Under the pieces are notes generated by a model. That model ran no database searches and had not been told where the DNA came from. It worked only from the letters and a program-made list of their open reading frames with translations. Both the position numbers and the translations under genes were made by a program. This document shows positions 1 through 12,043 of a stretch of 64,000 nt of DNA, piece by piece; within the stretch, counting starts at the first letter, position 1; every line of letters starts with the position of its first letter. Origin of the DNA: Lingula anatina (taxonomy: Eukaryota; Animalia; Brachiopoda); assembly GCA_051362555.1 (NCBI GenBank), contig CM120643.1, positions 9,114,001 through 9,178,000 on the forward strand. Direction: 5' to 3'.

Positions 1-50
1 ATCCAACACGCTAGCTGTAAAATGGAATAGGCCTATGCTTTCTTTCACAG

Positions 51-1973
51 CATCGGCGGCAGTAGATACAAATGAGCTTGCCAAAGCATTACACAATAAG
101 CTATCCAGTATTCTGGAGCCCGAGCTTATGCTTGCCCCGGCACCGCCTGGGAGTAAAGTTCAACCCCAACCTGTGTCGACCAAGCTTGACTTTCTTCTTG
201 TACTCGACAGCAGCGGGAGCATTACTGCCAAGTATTTTGAAGAGGCAAAGGATGTGTGCGAGGTATTTTTGTACACATGTACACATGTACACACAGGCGC
301 GCGCGCACACACACATGCATACGCACATACACGTGTACACACACTCACGCACATGCACACACACACGCGTGTACACACACACACAAACATACGCATACAC
401 ACACGTTAACAGGTATTTAATATTTTACTAAGAAATACCACACAGAGAAAAAAAAAATTGCCATGATATGAATTTTTAATATAATTAACGTAGATACTTA
501 GACCAGCACTAAAAACACGTCTTTTACATTGTACCTTTAACTCGAGGTGGCTACATTTTCATGAAACAATTCCCCTCTTCTTTCTTCATCATCATTATTA
601 ATAGTAATATGTACTACGACAAATGTACTTATCATTCAGATTCTAGTAGACTACATTGATGGTAAGTCACCGATTGGCAAGTATGGATCACGTGCCGGAC
701 TCATCGAGTACTCTACCAAAAGCAAAACCCACGTTGAATTTTCTTTCGGCGACTACAACACTGTCAGTACTATAAAAATCAGGATCAATCAAACGGATTT
801 TGATAACGGTAGGGCAGGTTTTAATTCTCTATAAATTAAGGTTTTAAATTGGAATTAATGTTCGAAATCATGGGACTATTTTTGCTGGCCTTGCAATAGT
901 ACTTGAAGAGTTTTCATAATTGCAGGCATTGCAGACCGTGTGTTGCGCTTTGGATAATCGTAACACGATTACTTTGGTTCCTAACTGATGCCACCATTTT
1001 TAAAGGTTAGAAATTCTGTATCACAACGGAATCTATTTCAGGCGGTGCCACAGCAACGGGCCCTGCACTACAGTTGGCTAAAAAGGAACTGGATGCCAAA
1101 AGTCGCCCAGGCAACGCGAGAGTGGTGTGGGTAATTACAGACGGCAAATCGAACTCTGGAGTGAAACCTAAAATACCCGCTGATGACCTTAAAGCAAATG
1201 GTAAAGAAACTAGCTTCATTTTGCTTAGATCGCATTCAGATCAACGGAATAACAAATCTGATAAATAGTGCAAATAACACATGGAAACGCTAATTTGGTA
1301 ACTGCTAACTCATTTGTAGGCAAATGCACTACAGAAGAAGATTCCACGAAACACTAATACTGTAGCTAAAACAGCGACTTCTAAACTATCCTACTACCTA
1401 AGAGCACATTCAAAACAGCGGACTAACAGATCCGCGGATCAAATATGGCCGACCCACTTGAATGCTTGTTGCGTAATACTCGCGGGGAACCTATTTAGTT
1501 TCTTATTGGGAATTAAGCGGCAAGATTTTAAATGAGTCGCCACATTTGATCCGTGTCCCGTTTACTACGAGCTATAAGGAGGTTATTAACTTTCGTGTCT
1601 GCTCGGCTGGCAGCTATTTAGCGTGAACCCTCGGGGAGTTCACTCTAAATAGATCGATCTAATCTCTGGGAATGGTGTCTATGATGTATCTGGGAAAATA
1701 AATTTATATTACGTCAAGGCGTAAATGTCGGAGTCTGGAGTCACAATGTGTAAAAATAACTTCCACAATTTTGTTACAGGTGTTATGGTTTGTGTTGTTG
1801 GCGTTGGCAATTCCGTTAACAACGTGGAGCTCGATACGATCGGGGACAACGGGTGTGTATTCCGAGCAGACTCGTTCACGCAGTTGAAGACGGCAGCCAG
1901 AATGGCTTACAACCTGAGCCGACCCCGACTGAATTCGGGTTTCTTCAACAATCTTTCGTTCAAGCGTGTTTAA
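51..1973 (+). CDS. vWA-domain protein, 3' part (4 exons; 5' exons lie outside the window); linker+vWA resembles complement factor B/C2
   Basis: Exons 51-262, 640-808, 1042-1200 and 1780-1973 have AG/GT boundaries and join in frame: LDFLLVLDSSGSI (MIDAS DxSxS)...SRAGLIEYS...GGATATGPAL...VVWVITDGKSN...VCVVGVG...FTQLK; stop at 1971-1973; AATAAA at 2341. Confidence 0.88.
275..404. repeat. degenerate (CA)n/(CACG)n microsatellite
   Basis: Runs of acacac/gcacac in the first intron; explains the spurious HTHT/VCVC ORFs. Confidence 0.9.
1401..1555. mobile_element. palindromic MITE, copy 1 (right end truncated); same family as 61049-61235
   Basis: Shares atccgcggatcaaatatggccgacccacttgaatgcttgttg...gggaattaagcggcaag with 61049-61235. 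Confidence 0.75.
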
Positions 1974-4379
1974 TGAAAATGATTTGCAATTTCGATGCAC
2001 TAATTAGCAAAGTCAATCGAAAAACACGTAGCTTAGCTTTGTGCTGTACATTCCCAAACATGTATTTTAACCACTTGGATAATCATTCAAGCAAGATAGA
2101 TTTATCTTAGCAAAGTCTATTGAGAAAATATTATTTTGACTGTGAGAAAAACATAAGCATTAGTAATTTTATATTTATTTGGATGGTTCGTTAGACGTTT
2201 AGGAAACAATACTCTGATTTATCATTGATTAAGTTCATTTTTTTATTAATGCACACGTGTGTGTACGATTTTTTTTTTTCGATGTGGTTTCGAAAGTTCT
2301 CTTGTTTGTTTCATTCATCTTATGTCGTGTCTCTTTTGACAATAAAAATGTGCAAACTGATTTAGTAGAACTTTGAGTATTCTATACACATAGAAAATCA
2401 ATCGAGGCGACATTGGTGTTGATAATTTAAGGAAACTCAGGACAAAGTTAAACGTGTTAAGCGAAAGGTCAATTTAGTATATTAACCGTCACGATTAAGT
2501 AAACTCCGCAAATGTTTAGTAGATCTAGATTTTCTCCCGTCTACGCATTCCAAAATATAATTTGTAAATTTCTATCTCCTAACCCGTTCACTTGTCCTTT
2601 TAACCCCCCCCCTTTTGTGGCGGACACGTTTAACCCAGTATGGTAATAACTTATTTCATAAGAGTTCACTACACAAAACCCTCAAAGCTGCTAACAAATA
2701 TTTTTACGTTTATGACCCTTACGACCTATAGTCTCTCAAGTCTGCAGCAAAAGGTACAACCTAGCACCATAAAGTATGTGACCGAGATGAACAACTGTTC
2801 ATATCTTCATCAGCTTTCTCACTCTCTGTCTCTCCCTCTCTCTCTTCAACACACACACACACACACGCACACCCGCGCACACACAAAAATTGATATATTC
2901 CTCATACATGTATCAAGCATATGCATACGAACACGTTCTCTCCCGTATTCATGAATGCTGACACGCGCATGCATATATATTCGAATTAGAGTACACACAT
3001 TTGCACAAACTGACACGTGTTTCACACGCGTGCGCTCACACACAGTTTTTGTCCCTATCCTCTTTTTCATACAAATGGCATTGAAGTGCATCTAGTTCCT
3101 TTTATAACAAATCTACTTACAATTATCTATGAGGTAAAACCCGTCTATTCCCTGCAAGTAGATGGTGATTAAGAGGAAGCTGATCAAGTACATGTTGTCA
3201 GTACCGCTATGGACACAGTCAAATCCTTTGTTTAAATCCGTTCAGGAAAAGATATCTTCTGAATCAATGTGGTGAGACACTACTCTCCACCAAGAGGCAC
3301 AACGGGAGATAATGCTGTCAATGTATATATGAAAAATTTCCAGTATTCCCTGAAAATCGCAAGGTTGAAGCCAAACAGACACGCCGCCCTGCCCGGTGAA
3401 GATCAACTTTCTGCTGTCCATTAAGGAAATGAGTACACCCTCAATGTATTAGCAATTTTACTTGATCGAAAGCCTTGCCTGTGACAAGTTAGAAATGGTC
3501 CCAAATCCAGCCAAACTGGCGTCAAAGACACGCTTAGGAAAATGATTAATCCCTGTTTTGCTCTACAAGTGACTTGAAAGTGAGTAAGAATGGATGGCAC
3601 AGTCTGCTGCGTCTTACCTTCTCTTGTTTTCTGCAGCATTGGGTGCGGTCAGGAATTATTAGAAGTAAATAACTTCGCACCATATGGCGGGAGAAGATCG
3701 TATAAATGTCAGACTTGCGAGTAGCAGCTTGCAAGCACCTCAGTAACACGACCGATTATAATGTATTTAATACATTTCTGAGAACCTATAGCTACGAGCG
3801 TGCGTACATGAATTTTAATACCGCATTAACCTTTCTGTAGCTTATGTCAACTTAATCTTTCTTAAGCGAATCTCTCTCTGATTAACAAAGTTAATGGAAA
3901 ACCAGTTCATCTTGTACTGATTTTTAAAATGCCCTTTTAACCGGCTAAAAACAATTGACGAAATCTCAGAATTTTCTTTTATTTTAATGAATGTGTTTTT
4001 CAAGTGTGAAGATCTGGATACTCGTGTCTCTGAAACGTAAGCAATTAAGACACAAGTAGCCGCAAATTATTATCTTACTACTTCTGCTTTTTTTTCTACA
4101 AAAAGAAAGAAAATGGACATTAATGTAAAAATATTTTGAAGGAAAGCTAAAAGAAGTATATCGTCGACAAATCCAGGATTTTAAAGCGACTCCCTGCGGA
4201 GACACAAACAAGTGTGAGTGCGCTCTTCATCAGAAATTGAATGGATTGAGCACATCAGTAAATTGAGTCATAATTATTACTTTACTGGGATTTGTACTAG
4301 CAGATAAGCTTGTGTGTGACTATTTTTAAAGTTTGTTTGAGACAATTGTCTTGTTAATTCTTTTAATAAATCTGGATTG

Positions 4380-4546
4380 CAGGTGTGACAGGAATGGTAG
4401 TCCTAGGAATGGGAGTCTGGGGGTCCCGTATGGTTATTACAGGTTAGGGTTAGTTGGAGTACATGTATATGGGACGAATGTCATCTGTACAAAGTATAGG
4501 GGAACGGACTATGGTGCCTAGCGGACTACCATTCCTGCCACACAGG
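4380..4546. mobile_element. MITE with terminal inverted repeats
   Basis: gtgtgacaggaatggtagtcc ... ggactaccattcctgccacac form an inverted pair. Confidence 0.65.
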
Positions 4547-5289
4547 CATGGTGAAAAGGAGGGGTTGGTCTGTCTGAAATAATGTTCGCTCAAATATTGA
4601 TTAAATATAGACCCAAGTAAAAAAAAAGATATTCAATTTCCACATCCCTGTCGCACACCACGCATAATCTATTCTAAAAATGTTTTCTCCTTGGTAGAGG
4701 TAATAATAAGATATGCTATGATAAAGATGAGACGAATTTGTGTCGGATAATCCTAAGCGCCCTATATGTTACAGCTTGGGTTGCACATGTATTTTCCTAA
4801 GGGTTGTGAGAAAGAATTAGAATTGAAAAACGATCCATAATAACCAGGCATATATTACATAATGTGTTTGATGATTCATGGTATTTTTCTGTGTATATAT
4901 TTAATATATAACATACATTGCGATGAAAGAAAGATATAAACCTTATATAATATTAGATCGGTGGGTGAATCAACTATTTTAGCTAGGAAAAGCAGGGTGG
5001 GGTCCACTACACTATGGATCCCGCACGAGGTTAACAATGTACAGTACAGTACAGAAGTAATAGGCAGCAGTTTGGTTGATCATTTACTGTACCTACACTT
5101 ATGAACGTCACTGTATCAATTCACACTTGCGAGCACATCTACATCAATACCAGCAGATCAGATTATACTTGGAATCTTCACTGTATATGAACTTTCCTTG
5201 AAATGTATCCATATTTATGAGCATTACTGTATAACAGTAAGTCAGTTAATATATGTAAATGAACACCGGTATATTTTAACAATTCAATC

Positions 5290-8200
5290 TCATCCGAATA
5301 TTTCCCAATTAGTGCTGATGCAGCTATGATCCGGTATTTCATTAATATCGATAAGAGTCTCAAATGCAGGTTGATCCACTTTGGACATTTTTACCTGTAA
5401 GGAAAAAAAATTAACACGTATATACGTAATTTTGGGAATTAAATAGGTCGGAAAACACACCATTGGCGGGAATGACGGAGCGAAGTTAGCTTTCAGCTGA
5501 AAATCGATTCTGATCAAAGTTTAAGCTCAGCATTAGGTCAGGTTAAAAAAAACAATTTAAGTTGAAAAATTGTTGAGAAAAGTTTTTTTCAACTGATTCC
5601 AGTCAGCCGCGCCGAAGACCAAATGGAGCACAAAATGGCAGGCGTACCTAGGTCGGCGGTGAGACTTTGCCCTAATTTTTTTATAGAGATTGCCTCTGAG
5701 TAGATGTATAATGAACTTTTTGGTCCAAAATAGGCAACACCAGAACAAACATCTCAAGGATAGTTACACAACCCCGCTGTAAGACATGGGGAGGTGCCCA
5801 AGTGGACGGTACCCAAGGGAAAACATCGTTGCTGCTCGTGACTCATTAATATTCATGTGATTAAGACGGCCTGACAGCCGTGGACATATTGGTTTGGACG
5901 AGTTTTACTTCTAACATAAACTTTTACTGCTTTTCATAGCAGTATGGAATAGTATGCATACTTTTCACTGCTTGCCACATACATGTACGTCATTTTCCGA
6001 AAAAAAAACAACCTCACATGCATTCTTGCTGTTGACAACCTTTAACTGTACCCTGTAGAACTCGTTGAAAAAAACAATAAGGTGCTTCTCTATTTAAACA
6101 TAGAAACCCAGTCATTCTCACCTCCTCAACCTTTCTGAACACCCTAAGGAAGTTTTTCCCGGCCAGTTTTTCCAGCTCTTCCTCACTCCAACCACGTGAC
6201 ATCAACTCGTAGAGAATGTTGGGGAATTTCGAGACGTCTTCTAGACCAACAGGATACCTGTGAACACAATACGTATTATGAAACGGTACGTTTGCATTTG
6301 TATTATAAGTGTTGTTCAGACAAAATAAAAAATAGAAATACATGTACATGTACTGTGATTTTTCTGAGGGCGGGAATAAATTACGGGACTGATATTTTCT
6401 TATTTAAATCAAGGAATATTTATGAAAATAAAATATTTCTCTTTAACCTTCTTGTTTAAATACACATAATTCTAATGGTAAAGAAAATATTTCTTATTCA
6501 AATGATACATTAAACAAAGTTAGCCCATAGCGCGTTAATTGGTTTCGGTATTTTCCTCGTGCGTACAATTTCTATTGGTACACTTTGTATTAGCATATTT
6601 TCTCACCTGTCTATTCCATCAAAGTCGCTGCCTAGTCCAACGTGATCAACGCCGGTTATATTGCGTATGTGCTCTATGTGATCTGAAGTATACAATAGTA
6701 TACAATAAGGAAAACGCTCACTGAATTTGACAGAAGTGGTTAATGATATACAGCAGTGTTTTTTCTTACAATTTCGTCTAATTTGGATAATAATAATAAT
6801 AATAATAATTCTGAATTGCGGTTTCAGGTTACAAAGCGGGACTGAAACTTAATTTAATTGAAATAATTGAAGCATTTACAATTTGGTAGTAATGATCATA
6901 GTTTGACATTACAACATAAATATTTTGTATTTGTCTCCTGTCGAGCGACCAAAGCCGTATCTTAATTGTGACACTAGGTCATTTTAAGATATATAGCACT
7001 TACCTATGACTTGGTTGATATCCGCGGGTCTCCAGTCCTGTTCCCCTGTGTATGTGTTTTCAGCAGAACAGTTTATAAAATCATTGTAGAAGTTAACCAT
7101 GACTATGCCGCCGTTTTCTTTCTGTAGAACAAAAAGAACAATACTGCTACCCTCTGTAGGTTGTTAAAACTACAAGACTCCGATATTTAATCTAAATTGT
7201 GTACAAATACATGTAAACTGATCAAAACCATAAATGGAGTACGGACGCTACTTTAAGCACAAGAAAATGCCTCTACTCAGATTAACCAAGTATATTTATG
7301 TTCAAAGAGCAATATGACATTGAAGAATAAGCACTTTATTCAAGGTCTGTCTCAAATGTTTCCTTCTCGCTTCCTTTTAGATAAATCCGAGTCTTTTAAT
7401 TAAGAAATTATCAATTATGAAACTATTAAAAACGTGTGATGAATACCTATCTACATGCATATATTCATAAGTTTACTAAATCAAAGCTGCTGGTTTTTCA
7501 AAGAGACCTATAGTTTTACATACCACTCGTACGAGCACGTCATCCGGGACATTTCTGACATGAGGACAAAGCGCGAAAGCAGATGAGTGGCTGAAGATGA
7601 CCGGTGCTTCAGACACGTTCAGGGCCGCATGCATAGTGTCCACGGCCACGTGCGACAGGTCTACCATCATTCCTAAGCGATTCATCTCCTTCACGACGAT
7701 CTAGAAAAAAAGAAAACAAGAATCACATACTTTTTAAAATAAATATTGTTCATTTTGAGTGATACAGCGCCGCTTATAACCTCCGAGATCAAAATCGCCA
7801 AGGGCAAAATTATCCGTTATAAAGAGGTTCCCATTGGGGGGGGGGGGGGGGGTAGTGGGGGGGGGGGGTAGTGATCACAGTTCACGGGAAATAAAATCAT
7901 CAATTCACAAATCACACTAAATTTAACTTTCTTTCAGATTTCACTGATAATGTGGGTCAAAAATTATGAAATTTACGAATACATCCGAATACACTGACTT
8001 CGTTTCACAAAGGGCAAAGAATAAAAAACCGTATTCACGAGACACGGGAATAAGGTGCTTCACAGATCACACTAAATAATATGAACGTTCGTGCATCTCG
8101 GTAATAAAAAGTGGCCTTCGCGGGTCACGAAATACGCAATGGGACCTTCTATAAAGAATAGACAGGTCTTTATTCTGTTATTTTAAATTTAAAAAGAGAG

Positions 8201-10993
8201 GGCATTCGAATGACGATTTCCTACCCCTCTGTATCAGCCACTGCCTTACCTTGCCGAAGTCCGTCAGACCGTGGTGGACAGGCTTTCGTTGCCTGGTAGC
8301 GACGTTGCAGTCAGCCCTGAAAATGACGTCACAATAAACGGCATTCTGTTTTTGAATTCTAAATAAAAATTTGAGTTGTACACTGTCGTGTTATGTTCTG
8401 AAATTCATATACATATAGGCCTATATATACTCAGTTTCAGCAAATATAGCTCACGGGCTGTGACAGCAAGTGACCACATCTCACACCTCTACCAGGGTCA
8501 CAGATTGACTTTGCACAAATTATTCACAAATAATGTCTTCAGATAAATCAGTTGAATCTCTGTGGAAAATGTGCAGAGGGTATCACACTAGTCTGAAATA
8601 GGCCTACGTCCAGGTTGACTGTAAGCTAAAATTGTGAAAGATTTTCAGCTTGTGCTAGACAATTTTCATTATTTTTATAATAATAATAATAATAATAATA
8701 ATAAGAAGAAGAATAATAATAATAACAGCTCACCACGGTGTATTACAGTTCCAGGTGAGGGTCATATAACGCTGTAATATTATTATTTTTATTATTATTA
8801 TTATTACTCACCACGGTGTATTACAGTTCCAGGTGAGGGTCATATAACGCTGTAATATTATTATTTTTATTATTATTATTATTACTCACCACGGTGTATT
8901 ACAGTTCCAGGTGAGGGTCATATAACGCTGTAATATTATTATTTTTATTATTACTCACCACGGTGTATTACAGTTCCAGGTGAGGGTCATATAACGCTGT
9001 ATTAATATTATTATTATTATTATTATTATTACTCACCACGGTGTATTACAGTTCCAGGTGAGGGTCATATAACGCTGTAATATTATTATTTTTATTATTA
9101 TTATTTTTATTATTACTCACCACGGTGTATTACAGTTCCAGGTGAGGGTCATATAACGCTGTAATATTATTATTATTATTATTATTATTACTCACCACGG
9201 TGTATTACAGTTCCAGGTGAGGGTCATATAACGCTGTAATATTATTATTATTATTATTATTATTACTCACCACGGTGTATTACAGTTCCAGGTGAGGGTC
9301 ATATAACGCTGTATTAATATTATTATTATTATTATTATTATTACTCACCACGGTGTATTACAGTTCCAGGTGAGGGTCATATAACGCTGTAATATTATTA
9401 TTTTTATTATTACTCACCACGGTGTATTACAGTTCCAGGTGAGGGTCATATAACGCTGTAATATTATTATTTTTATTATTATTATTATTATTATTACTCA
9501 CCACGGTGTATTACAGTTCCAGGTGAGGGTCATATAACGCTGTAATATTATTATTATTATTATTATTATTACTCACCACGGTGTATTACAGTTCCAGGTG
9601 AGGGTCATATAACGCTGTAATATTATTATTTTTATTATTATTATTTTTATTATTACTCACCACGGTGTATTACAGTTCCAGGTGAGGGTCATATAACGCT
9701 GTAATATTATTATTATTATTATTATTATTACTCACCACGGTGTATTACAGTTCCAGGTGAGGGTCATATAACGCTGTAATATTATTATTATTATTATTAT
9801 TATTACTCACCACGGTGTATTACAGTTCCAGGTGAGGGTCATATAACGCTGTATTAATATTATTATTATTATTATTATTATTACTCACCACGGTGTATTA
9901 CAGTTCCAGGTGAGGGTCATATAACGCTGTAATATTATTATTTTTATTATTATTATTATTATTATTACTCACCACGGTGTATTACAGTTCCAGGTGAGGG
10001 TCATATAACGCTGTAATATTATTATTTTTATTATTATTATTATTATTACTCACCACGGTGCATTACAGTTCCAGGTGAGGGTCATATAACGCTGTAATAT
10101 TATTATTTTTATTATTATTATTATTATTATTATTACTCACCACGGTGTATTACAGTTCCAGGTGAGGGTCATATAACGCTGTAATATTATTATTTTTATT
10201 ATTATTATTATTATTACTCACCACGGTGCATTACAGTTCCAGGTGAGGGTCATATAACGCTGTAATATTATTATTTTTATTATTATTATTATTATTATTA
10301 CTCACCACGGTGTATTACAGTTCCAGGTGAGGGTCATATAACGCTGTAATATTATTATTTTTATTATTATTATTACTCACCACGGTGCATTACAGTTCCA
10401 GGTGAGGGTCATATAACGCTGTAATATTATTATTTTTATTATTATTATTATTATTATTACTCACCACGGTGTATTACAGTTCCAGGTGAGGGTCATATAA
10501 CGCTGTAATATTATTATTTTTATTATTATTATTATTATTACTCACCACGGTGCATTACAGTTCCAGGTGAGGGTCATATAACGCTGTAATATTATTATTT
10601 TTATTATTATTATTATTATTATTACTCACCACGGTGTATTACAGTTCCAGGTGAGGGTCATATAACGCTGTAATATTATTATTATTATTATTATTATTAT
10701 TACTCACCACGGTGTATTACAGTTCCAGGTGAGGGTCATATAACGCTGTAATATTATTATTTTTATTATTATTATTATTATTATTACTCACCACGGTGTA
10801 TTACAGTTCCAGGTGAGGGTCATATAACGCTGTATTAATATTATTATTATTATTATTATTATTACTCACCACGGTGTATTACAGTTCCAGGTGAGGGTCA
10901 TATAACGCTGTAATATTATTATTTTTATTATTATTATTATTATTATTACTCACCACGGTGTATTACAGTTCCAGGTGAGGGTCATATAACGCT

Positions 10994-11033
<40 letters not shown>

Positions 11034-11999
11034 TCACCACGGTGCATTACAGTTCCAGGTGAGGGTCATATAACGCTGTATTAATATTATTATTATTATT
11101 ATTATTATTACTCACCACGGTGTATTACAGTTCCAGGTGAGGGTCATATAACGCTGTAATATTATTATTTTTATTATTATTATTATTATTATTACTCACC
11201 ACGGTGTATTACAGTTCCAGGTGAGGGTCATATAACGCTGTATTAATATTATTATTATTATTATTATTATTACTCACCACGGTGTATTACAGTTCCAGGT
11301 GAGGGTCATATAACGCTGTATTAATATTATTATTATTATTATTATTATTACTCACCACGGTGTATTACAGTTCCAGGTAAGGGTCATATAACGCACTCCC
11401 AGTTCATAGAACATCCTCAGTACCCCCAGACTACTCCTGATGTGATGGCCGCCCTCCACAGCCAGGAGACTGGCCACTTTACCGCCCCTATGGGCAGATT
11501 CAATACCTGAAATTATATTTACCATTTTAGTTAAAGGGATAACAACTGTTCGTATGATATTTCAAAATAAATACGCTGTAAACAACTCATGGAAATATTA
11601 TGAATTCTGTTTTACCTCCAAAACCGCAGTTAGCGCAATTATTTTAGACTGTGCTTGCCATCACATCACATGACCTCCATAGATGGTTACACTCTGCAAT
11701 AATATCTTCAGGGAACATTACAAAAAAAAATTAAGAAAAAAACATAGACTAACTATGAATGTCGGAATGGAATAATTAACCATTGGTTGGTATGGGAAAA
11801 TGTCCTTTTTTCCAGAAAATCTATTTTTGTCAAAAGTTGATATATTTATCCCTTTTAAGCATGCAGACGAAACCGAGAGTTTGCGTGTAGTGTGCGTGCA
11901 TGTGTGTGCATGTGTGTGTGTTGGGTGTGTGTGTGTGCGTGCGTGTGTGTTATTCCATTTGGTTTTATAGGTTTTTATTCGAAATGTAAATTCTGATAA

Positions 12000-12043
<44 letters not shown>

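Noticed and set aside
8728-11355. Dscam-like mutually exclusive exon cassette
   Set aside because: The units are almost identical 38-nt partial exons and every inclusion gives a premature stop, so they cannot generate protein diversity.
8728-11394. CRISPR array (constant repeat with variable spacers)
   Set aside because: The spacers are only (TTA)n of varying length, the repeat is a copy of the host exon end, there are no cas genes, and the context is eukaryotic.
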